A DNA stretch of 64,000 nt from a virus. How positions within the stretch are numbered: the first letter of the stretch is position 1; every line of letters begins with the position of its first letter. Both the position numbers and the translations under genes were made by a program. Positions 16,815 to 23,688 of the stretch are shown here, one piece after another. The notes beneath the pieces were generated by a model, which searched no databases, was not told the DNA's origin, and saw nothing but the letters and a program-made list of their open reading frames with translations. The stretch spans positions 64,001-128,000 of IMG/VR virus record IMGVR_UViG_3300036987_000083, one strand, 5' to 3'.

Positions 16815-17090
16815 TTAGGCGCGGACGCGGATTTGAACGTGGAAGAACTCGCACGCCTGACGCCATGCGTCGAAGCGGTCCGAGGCGCGGAAGAACCGCT
16901 CGCCTTCCGCGAACGTCACGCGGAACAGCGGGCGCCCGCTGCCCCAATAGGCGCCGCCCGAGTCGTAGCCGCCCTTGTCAATCGGAATGCGGTGAAGGCC
17001 GCACAGCTCCCCCTCCATCGGGGAGCCGTATTCCGAGCGGCCCATGGAAGCGCCGTACTGCGAGCAGGCATTCGAGAGCTTGAGGGACAT
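16815..17090 (-). CDS. conserved phage hypothetical protein (GGYDSGGAYWG, 91 aa)
   Basis: Leader plus promoter; palindrome after stop. Confidence 0.8.
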   Translation of the reverse strand: MSLKLSNACSQYGASMGRSEYGSPMEGELCGLHRIPIDKGGYDSGGAYWGSGRPLFRVTFAEGERFFRASDRFDAWRQACEFFHVQIRVRA

Positions 17091-17146
17091 GGGGTTTCCT
17101 TTGTTTCAGCGGGGGAGCCCCTTATACTGCGAAGGGGCTGGCGTTG

Positions 17147-17473
17147 TCAAGCGTTCCGTTCGTAGGAGCGAACGATTTCCGAGAGGTCTGGCGGAGCTTC
17201 GGGGAGCCCGAGATCCTCCGAGAGGTCTTTCAGGGCATCCGAGAGGCAGTAGGGGGAGGGGCTGCCGCACTTCGCCTCATGGGCTGCCCATTCCTCCAAC
17301 GCTTCCCCCCTGTCGTGGGCGAGGCACTCGGCGCACACCGCGAGCGCGCCCCCGTGGTCTGCTTCGGTGTAGAGGTAGACGGCTTCCACCACCCGCCGCT
17401 TAGGGTCGTGGCTCCCATGGTCACAGAGAGGGGGAGCGCCATCGGGGCCGTGCGTAACGCGCTTGAGAGCCAT
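17147..17473 (-). CDS. Cys/His-containing hypothetical protein (108 aa)
   Basis: AAAGGAAG SD; CD..H, CAEC. Confidence 0.7.
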   Translation of the reverse strand: MALKRVTHGPDGAPPLCDHGSHDPKRRVVEAVYLYTEADHGGALAVCAECLAHDRGEALEEWAAHEAKCGSPSPYCLSDALKDLSEDLGLPEAPPDLSEIVRSYERNA

Positions 17474-17527
17474 GAGCTTCCTTTCGGCTGCGGGGCCTCT
17501 AAGTATACTACGAAAGGGCTGGCGTTG

Positions 17528-17680
17528 TCAAGCCTTCGGAGGCACGTAGCGAACGAACACCTTGCACTTACAGCCGGGCACCGTGCAAGCCTGCGGCGGC
17601 TTCGCGGGCGGCTGGTAGACGTGCATCGAAACGTGGTGCTTGCAGCCTTGGCACTTCTTCAGACGCGGGGAGGTAGCCAT
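17528..17680 (-). CDS. Zn-finger micro-protein (50 aa), leaderless
   Basis: CQGCKH..H..CTVPGCKC; ATG 6 nt below TATAAG. Confidence 0.7.
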   Translation of the reverse strand: MATSPRLKKCQGCKHHVSMHVYQPPAKPPQACTVPGCKCKVFVRYVPPKA

Positions 17681-17809
17681 GCCTACCTTATACACAACGG
17701 CAGTCAGGAAGTCAAGTACCCATAGTTGGAAAACTCCCGTCTCGAAAACCTGGCACAAAAAAGCTCGCCTTCCACGAGGGAGGCGAGCGGGCTCCACGAG
17801 TCAGGGGTT

Positions 17810-18061
17810 TCACTCGTCGTAATGAATCACGTAATCCACCACGTCGCCCGTGAAAACCCGGCCGCCCGCGAGGAAGATGGTAGCGAAGTAGGGGTGAGAG
17901 TCGTCGAACGTCGAGACAATGCGGCCGGGGGAGTAGAACTCCAGAATTTCGTCGTGAAGCTTTTGATCGACCCCCGCAGCATCGAAGCCGGTGAAGTCTC
18001 CGTTGATGAAGGCGGTAGCGAGGAACGCGGGGAGGCGAGCGGTTTCGATGCGGAAGGCCAT
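17810..18061 (-). CDS. hypothetical protein (83 aa)
   Basis: AAGGAG SD and promoter. Confidence 0.75.
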   Translation of the reverse strand: MAFRIETARLPAFLATAFINGDFTGFDAAGVDQKLHDEILEFYSPGRIVSTFDDSHPYFATIFLAGGRVFTGDVVDYVIHYDE

Positions 18062-18185
18062 GGGGTGTCTCCTTGTGACTTCGCGGGAGCCCCTTATACT
18101 GCGAAGGGGCTGGCGTTGTCAAGCTTTCTGTTTCAGCGCGGCGCGGAAAACTCCCGCCAGGTGCGGCGCGCTGCCCGCCACTCGG

Positions 18186-18395
18186 CTAGCGGGGCACGTC
18201 GTTAGCTGCCCGTTCGATGTCCAGTTGAGCGAGGGCGATGCGAAGCACGTCCTTCGCGTCGAGAACGGGGGACGGCCTCAGCGGGCTGGCGTCCTTCCGT
18301 CGCAGGGAGGCCCCGCAGGGCTCGTAGTCTCTCGCGAGTTCTTCCAATGTCTCAGGCATCGGGGGTGCTTTGTTGCGGCTGTCTTCGGTCGCCAT
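18186..18395 (-). CDS. hypothetical protein (69 aa)
   Basis: ATG 2 nt after upstream stop. Confidence 0.5.
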   Translation of the reverse strand: MATEDSRNKAPPMPETLEELARDYEPCGASLRRKDASPLRPSPVLDAKDVLRIALAQLDIERAANDVPR

Positions 18396-18397
18396 AG

Positions 18398-18670
18398 TCA
18401 GGCCCACGGCGCCAATTCCACCGGGTTGAGCGCGGGGCGCGCATCGGAGAGGCGCGGCAGCCGATACGCACTCACCGTGACGAAGCCGGGGGAGGACGTG
18501 AGGGCCGCGCACTCCTCGGGCGTCATGGGGCGCGCCTCGCTCACCTTCTGGGGGACGGCTTCGATGATTTCGTCACCCGGCTCCAACCCCGGGCAGGTGT
18601 CCGGGCGCTCGGACTTCACGGAGAAGAGGCTACCGGAGCGGACATCACGAACCACGATGCGGAAGGTCAT
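18398..18670 (-). CDS. hypothetical protein (90 aa)
   Basis: GAGGAAACC leader and promoter. Confidence 0.7.
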   Translation of the reverse strand: MTFRIVVRDVRSGSLFSVKSERPDTCPGLEPGDEIIEAVPQKVSEARPMTPEECAALTSSPGFVTVSAYRLPRLSDARPALNPVELAPWA

Positions 18671-18870
18671 TCGGGTTTCCTCTCGTCTGCGGGGGACTCC
18701 CTTCTACACCGGATGCCCTGCCGGTGTCAAGCACTATCCGCGCGGGTAGCCTGTGGAAAACTCCCTTTCCGAAAACCTGGGCATGAAAAAGCCCGCCTCC
18801 CTCATCGGGAAGCGGGGCTGCGAGGGTTGGGCCGGGGCTCCAAGGCGGCCCCGGCGTGGCCCTCTAGGGG

Positions 18871-19149
18871 TTACTTGCTGCTGAGGGCCTTCAGCGCCGC
18901 CCGCATGCCCTCGGCAGACACCTTCCACTCCGGAATGCCGCCGTCGAGGTCGAGGCCGACGCAACCCTCGATTGAGGACTTGTAGTAGCGGGAAACGAAC
19001 TGCCCGTAAGGGCCGTGCGGGTAGCGGGTGTCGTAGAACTCAACCAGCTCCTCGCCATCGGAGGTGAAGAGCATCACGTTGAAGTTGACGCCCGGAAGGG
19101 TTCCGGGGACCGTGGCGAGGTGGGTGCGGGTGGCGGGGGCGGAGGACAT
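18871..19149 (-). CDS. hypothetical protein (GQFVSRYY..GLDLDGG.P.W, 92 aa), leaderless
   Basis: ATG 5 nt below TATAAG. Confidence 0.75.
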   Translation of the reverse strand: MSSAPATRTHLATVPGTLPGVNFNVMLFTSDGEELVEFYDTRYPHGPYGQFVSRYYKSSIEGCVGLDLDGGIPEWKVSAEGMRAALKALSSK

Positions 19150-19299
19150 GCCTCCTTATACAGCCTTTGCCTTGCCGCTGTCAAGCTCTCTCCATGCCCA
19201 TTCGTCGAATTTGCAGGAGGGGAGTTTTCCAACGTCAATTGGCACAAAAAATCCGCTGGCCCCAGGTTTGGGTGCCAGCGGATGCGACCACGTGGGCGC

Positions 19300-19782
19300 T
19301 TACGCCGCGAGGGGCAGGCGCACCGTGAGGGGCGCGGTGTCGCACTCGACGGGCGGGGGCAGCGGGCGGAGCCAGACGCGCTCGGCGCTCTCGTGCCTCT
19401 TGAGGTCCGGGCAGAACTCGCCCGCCTCGCGCTTGAAACACTCCCAGCCCTCGGGAACGAACCACGCGCCGTCATCGTACCATGAGGTGATGACTTCGAA
19501 GCTGTAGACGCCCTCGCCCGCAGGCTCCCAGTGCGCGGGCACCGTGGGCACCGCCTCGGGCGCATCGTCGATGTTGGCGCACTCGCCCGTGCAGCAGCAG
19601 CAGGAGCAGCCATTCTCCTCCATGGCCTCGCGCGCCTCGCGCGCCTTCTCGGCCTCGCTGGCCTCCACCGCGTCAGCCGCCTGCTCGTCGAGCCAGTCGG
19701 CGAGGGTGGCACCACGCGAGGGCATCGCGCGGGCGGGAGGGGAGATACGGAGGGTGGCGGGGCGAGCGGGGCGGGAGTGCAT
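19300..19782 (-). CDS. hypothetical protein with CSCCCC cluster (160 aa), leaderless
   Basis: ATG 6 nt below TAGAAT; palindrome after stop. Confidence 0.7.
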   Translation of the reverse strand: MHSRPARPATLRISPPARAMPSRGATLADWLDEQAADAVEASEAEKAREAREAMEENGCSCCCCTGECANIDDAPEAVPTVPAHWEPAGEGVYSFEVITSWYDDGAWFVPEGWECFKREAGEFCPDLKRHESAERVWLRPLPPPVECDTAPLTVRLPLAA

Positions 19783-19961
19783 GCACACATTCTACACTAT
19801 GACATGGCACCATTGCAACTCATTTGAAGGGCCCAATTGAAAATAAATGGCACAGCATTTGATTGCGCAATTAGACTGCCATGGGAGGAGGAAAACTCCC
19901 AATCGCTAGGCGTGAAAAAGCCCCGCCTCCCTGTGGGAAGCGGGGCCGTCCATGTGGTCGC

Positions 19962-20234
19962 TTAGGGCTTCACAGCACCCTTGGCGAGCAGGCCCGCGTA
20001 GTGCGCGCGCGCCCACTTGATGGGGTGAATTTCGTGACCGTGGGACTGCTTGCGGGTGTTGCTGAACTCCATCACACCCACAGCCACGCCACCCGTGGGC
20101 AGGGGCGCGAACACGGTGAGCGAGGAGGTAGCGGCGTTGTAGAGCGCGTGCTGACCTTCAGGCAGGCTCGCGACGTAGGTCACGACAGCGCGGGGGAGGA
20201 CAGCGGCAGCGGCAGCGGGGCGGGAAGTGGTCAT
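19962..20234 (-). CDS. hypothetical protein (90 aa), leaderless
   Basis: ATG 6 nt below TAAAAG. Confidence 0.7.
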   Translation of the reverse strand: MTTSRPAAAAAVLPRAVVTYVASLPEGQHALYNAATSSLTVFAPLPTGGVAVGVMEFSNTRKQSHGHEIHPIKWARAHYAGLLAKGAVKP

Positions 20235-20321
20235 GCACCCCTTTTACAGGATGAGCACGCCACTTGTCTAGTTATTTGTTTCGGTCAAATGAAGATAGTT
20301 TTGGGCACCTGGCGCACCGCG

Positions 20322-20450
20322 TTAGACGTCGACCCCGAGTTCCTTGCAGCGCTTGCGCAGCTCTTCAGAGAGGCGAGGCTTTCGGCCGCATCGGCACTCT
20401 TCTTCGAGTAGGTCTTCAATCAATTTACGAAGCAATTCCGTTTCAGTCAT
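20322..20450 (-). CDS. small protein (42 aa)
   Basis: ATG 1 nt after upstream stop; MTETELLRKLIEDLLEEECRCGRK... Confidence 0.5.
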   Translation of the reverse strand: MTETELLRKLIEDLLEEECRCGRKPRLSEELRKRCKELGVDV

Positions 20451-20451
20451 T

Positions 20452-20673
20452 TCAGAGTCCTTGGCACTTCCTACAGTCGCACTCTCCCCAGACGGAAGCC
20501 CCGCAGGGAGGCTCCTGAGGAGGGTACAGGGCGCGAAGGTACTCGCGGGCGGCTTGCCGGGCCTGCTTCTCGATGGCGCGCTCCTGAATGTCGGCGGAGG
20601 CCCCTGACTGCACCCGATGACGGGGGATTGCCCGCTTAAGGTTTTGCCCCACCTTTCTCTCTCGGTAGCTCAC
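20452..20673 (-). CDS. Cys-containing protein (73 aa)
   Basis: GTGA overlap, GAGGAGG SD. Confidence 0.6.
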   Translation of the reverse strand: MSYRERKVGQNLKRAIPRHRVQSGASADIQERAIEKQARQAAREYLRALYPPQEPPCGASVWGECDCRKCQGL

Positions 20674-21044
20674 TGCGAAGCCTCCTCTCTCAACTCCCAC
20701 TCTCGGCGGGTGCCCACGTCGTAGTTACCTTCTTCGAGGTCCGCCAACGCCTCCCACTTCTGCCACTCCCTCGCGTACTCTGGAGAGCCGTAGCAGGGCT
20801 GAATCGCGTGCCAGTGCGGATTGAATTGCGGCGGGCGGAAACGTCCCTCCTTCATGGCAAGGGCAACCCGCCCCATCATCCGCAGCCCCTCCGCGTGTGC
20901 CTCCTCCCTCCCCAACTCGTGCCCTTTGAAGACATGGGCATGCGCCCACCGACTCCCCCTCTCATTCTCGACGACGACAGACACCGCGTCGTGTTCATCG
21001 CAACCCTGTTGGTACACATTCACCATGAGGGAGACGATGAACAC
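20670..21044 (-). CDS. hypothetical protein (W..IQPCYGSPEY, 124 aa)
   Basis: First gene of leftward array; GAGG SD, promoter 21075-21104. Confidence 0.7.
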   Translation of the reverse strand: MFIVSLMVNVYQQGCDEHDAVSVVVENERGSRWAHAHVFKGHELGREEAHAEGLRMMGRVALAMKEGRFRPPQFNPHWHAIQPCYGSPEYAREWQKWEALADLEEGNYDVGTRREWELREEASQ

Positions 21045-21600
21045 CGGACACCTCAGGGACTTCGGGGGAGCCCCCTCCTACCACATGACAAGTCATAGTG
21101 CAAGCGTCTTGCAGGGGTGCATGGAGGGTTGCCGGTGGTGTAGACACCGGGAAAACTCCGGGAAAACTCCCATACATGGTATAAGAGGGCCTACTTCTCC
21201 GGTTCAGAACATTTAGAAAAGTAGGTCCTATAAGCAGGGCCCTCCACCTTCAGTCATATTCCGGGGTACCTGCGCCCCCTAGTCGCTGTACATTAAGTAC
21301 TGCCCTTGTACAGCACGGGATGGCCCCCATGGTACGGTGCCTCTAAGCGCTGAGCTGTGCGTACGGTGCGTATCGGTCCATCTCGGTGCGGACAGCGCGT
21401 CTGCCGGTGTCAAAACCCAAAAAGTTTGGATTTTACCAAAACCCGTTTTTGGAATTTTTGGTGGAACCAGGGGTGGGGCACCTGTTTGACAAGTGACTGC
21501 AACAGTGAAGGGAGCGCTTGGCGAGTTTTTTTGAGTAGCAGGGTGTGGTGTTGTGGTATGGTGCGGTCAGCTTCCGAAAACCCTGACAACCGAGGTCCCT

Positions 21601-21990
21601 GTGGCGAATTACAAAGAACTGGTAGAGGAGCTGGCGCTGGCGTACCTGGGTGAGGACTTCCAGAAGAACCACGCGCGTAAGGCTGCTGAGTACGCGGCGG
21701 TGACGCCTTCGGAAAAAGGGGAGTGGCACTACTACAACAATCGCCACTACCACCATAAGACTGCCGCTGATTTCCATGATGCGGCTTTTAAGGCAATTAC
21801 CCAACATCCGAAGCTGGTCAAAAAGTATAAGCTAGGGGGCGACAGCGAGAATCCACAGGAGCTTCATGCCCGCAAGGCGCGCAGGCACCGCCTGCTGGCT
21901 ACGGCCCATGAGAAGCTGAGGGCTGGCGCGGATGCTCCGGAGAAGGATTCTAAGACGGGCAGCTACATCATCACCCGCAAGAAGTCTTAG
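21601..21990 (+). CDS. His/Lys-rich protein, possible internal head protein (129 aa)
   Basis: GTG with GAGG SD; N-terminal ..LGE/ segment. Confidence 0.6.
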   Translation: MANYKELVEELALAYLGEDFQKNHARKAAEYAAVTPSEKGEWHYYNNRHYHHKTAADFHDAAFKAITQHPKLVKKYKLGGDSENPQELHARKARRHRLLATAHEKLRAGADAPEKDSKTGSYIITRKKS

Positions 21991-22063
21991 ATTTTCGGAC
22001 GCAGGGGTTGGTGGCGTCGTAATGTAGGGCTGCCCGTTTTTTTTTCCTATGGAGTGACATCGC

Positions 22064-23539
22064 ATGGCGCTAATCGCGTATAATTTGACGGGTGCTCCGG
22101 TAGCGCTGAGCGGCGTAACCCCCTCCATCACCCTCCCTGCCAGTGCCGCGCCCCCTGTGCCCGGGGATGGCGTGAATGTCACCTCCGAGCTTCGGGGGCT
22201 GCTAGAGGCAACCTACATGCTGTTGCAGACCCAGGCGACAGGCGCGGTTCGCTACGTCTGGTCCACTGGCGTGGCGGAGTATGCGACGCCGGGGCTGACG
22301 GTATTGGACGCCGTGACATCCAAGGCCATCACCACCGCCACCACTCTCTACGTGACGACGGCAGGCAATGACTCCACTGGGGACGGCACCGTGGGCGCGC
22401 CATACCTGACGATTCAGAAGGCGCTCGACAGCCTGCTGGCCTACCGTATAACTGCTGTTGTCACAATCTCGGTTGGCGCGGGTAACTTCGCCGGGTTTGT
22501 CGCGGGTGGGTATAACCTTGGGGTTGGGGGTGCCGTGCATGTTGAGGGCACGATGACCGTTATTGAGAGTGGCACCGCCACAGCATTCAGTGTCGTAGAC
22601 GGGTATTTGAATATAGAGGACAACACAAAGACTTGGGTCGCAGACGAGCACCAGGGTCGCTTCGCGGCCGTAGCGTTTGGGGCAGGAGCCCTCGTTTACT
22701 TGCCTATTGGTACTAATAGCGCGACGCAGATGTCGATTGCGACTAACAACAGCAGCTTGGGTGGGAACACGGCATATTCCATTGCAGAGCCTGCTACCAA
22801 AATAACAACAGCGTCTTCTGCGGCGTCCGGAGTAGGCGTGTACTTCACGACTCCTAGCTCCGGGACTCAAACTGGCGTGGGTGTGCTGGTTCGCAGGGTA
22901 GAGGTTGGGACAGGCCTTGTCGCCACTGCACGGTGGGGTGTCTACGCCAACCTGACGAGTTGTACCCTGCGAGGCAGCGTCGCCAATACGGGCGCAAACC
23001 GGCTGGAGTGTACGTATTGTTCGTTCCTTGTTCCTGCTGCTGGTCGGGGTATTTCCTCGACGTCGGCGCTTACAGACTCCGGGATGATTAACGCGCAGCA
23101 GTGCGTGTTTGTCGTCGGAACTTCCGGGATTGGAGTTGCGGCGGCCATGGGAGGGCAGTCAGGTATGCGGGTCTCCTTGTGCCAGATTCGATGTGGAGGC
23201 GGGACCTCGGTAGGGTTCCATGTGTGCGGTGGGCAAGTGACTATAGGCTCCTGTGGCATTTGGGGGGCTGCAACCGGGCTGAAGGCCGAGAGGCACGCCG
23301 TCGTGGATTCCCCAGCAGTTCCCTCCTATCTCCCGCCGACTTTCGTGGGCTCTGGGAATACCCTGGCTGTGGAGTGCCTGACTGGCGCACGAGTAACCGT
23401 AGGGCCGAGTTCTACCCTCACTGGTACGACTGAAATTTCAGTCGACGGGGCGACCTCCACCATCGCGGCGATGCGGGCCCTGACTCCGAAGGTTTTTCCG
23501 GCAACACCTAATGCCTATGGCAGCTATGTTTGCGAGTAG
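22064..23539 (+). CDS. virion fibre/spike-like protein with beta-helix (pectin-lyase-like) region (491 aa)
   Basis: LYVTTAGNDSTGDGTVGAPYLTIQKAL motif then G/A/S/T-rich beta repeats. Confidence 0.7.
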   Translation: MALIAYNLTGAPVALSGVTPSITLPASAAPPVPGDGVNVTSELRGLLEATYMLLQTQATGAVRYVWSTGVAEYATPGLTVLDAVTSKAITTATTLYVTTAGNDSTGDGTVGAPYLTIQKALDSLLAYRITAVVTISVGAGNFAGFVAGGYNLGVGGAVHVEGTMTVIESGTATAFSVVDGYLNIEDNTKTWVADEHQGRFAAVAFGAGALVYLPIGTNSATQMSIATNNSSLGGNTAYSIAEPATKITTASSAASGVGVYFTTPSSGTQTGVGVLVRRVEVGTGLVATARWGVYANLTSCTLRGSVANTGANRLECTYCSFLVPAAGRGISSTSALTDSGMINAQQCVFVVGTSGIGVAAAMGGQSGMRVSLCQIRCGGGTSVGFHVCGGQVTIGSCGIWGAATGLKAERHAVVDSPAVPSYLPPTFVGSGNTLAVECLTGARVTVGPSSTLTGTTEISVDGATSTIAAMRALTPKVFPATPNAYGSYVCE

Positions 23540-23688
23540 CCCTTTGGCGGCTTCATCGTGCTTGTAGTGGTGATGCCCGTTGCTGCGCTCAGCCGCTGGG
23601 TTGATCTATACAGGAACTAATTTGATTAGCGGACTGGATGCCGGAGATACTGAGTAGGTCTTCCAACCCCTCTTTGAGGAATTACTCC

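Larger units (their letters stand above)
4956..19863 (+). promoter_or_regulatory. A/T-rich plus TGGCA(C)-N-TTTG(C/A) module resembling sigma54 -24/-12 element, about 8-10 copies
   Basis: 4956 CGGCAGGGCATTTGCA and 7117 TGGCAGGGCATTTGCA (GG-N10-GC); variants at 7657, 9883, 10285, 11855, 12161, 19848; degenerate near 8890 and 20300. Confidence 0.6.
2615..19961. repeat. 16-bp palindrome GCGWCCA-NN-TGGTCGC, 10 copies in the early region
   Basis: 2615, 4527, 7232, 9002, 10398, 12538, 14412, 16799, 19284, 19946; nine directly abut a stop codon. Confidence 0.93.
642..21104 (-). promoter_or_regulatory. family of about 40 sigma70-like early promoters (TTGACA-N17/18-TATAAG/TAGAAG; core CTTGACAACGGCAGAC)
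   Basis: -35 hexamers on + coordinates at 666, 1716, 2264, 2598, 3848, 4095, 4922, 5370, 5877, 6124, 6730, 7083, 7622, 8470, 8872, 9857, 10901, 11081, 11516, 11820, 12125, 13099, 13900, 14206, 14961, 15225, 15350, 15705, 15948, 16476, 16706, 17145, 17526, 17710, 18117, 18725, 19179, 19813, 20265, 21099; most have a recognisable -10 box 17-18 nt away, some weak. Confidence 0.9.
719..21171. repeat. 11-bp GGAAAACTCCC/GGGAGTTTTCC box, 25 dispersed copies
   Basis: Starts 719, 2655, 4125, 4994, 6144, 7163, 7726, 7888, 8930, 9926, 10328, 11101, 12501, 13436, 14228, 15369, 15988, 16734, 17728, 18145, 18755, 19220, 19890, 21150, 21161; intergenic, both orientations. Confidence 0.92.

Noticed and set aside
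2615-19961. REP/BIME or integron attC identity for the palindrome
   Set aside because: No consistent GTAG/GGAG tetranucleotide, no RYYYAAC..GTTRRRY cores, and no RAYT or IntI gene in the window; kept only as analogy
42-21098. Numerous long plus-strand and alternative-frame ORFs over the early region
   Set aside because: Shadow ORFs of GC-rich DNA with no SD or promoter; they overlap better-supported minus-strand genes
719-21171. CRISPR array or mini-array interpretation of the dispersed repeats
   Set aside because: Repeats are separated by whole genes (0.2-2.7 kb), not 30-40 nt spacers; no cas genes
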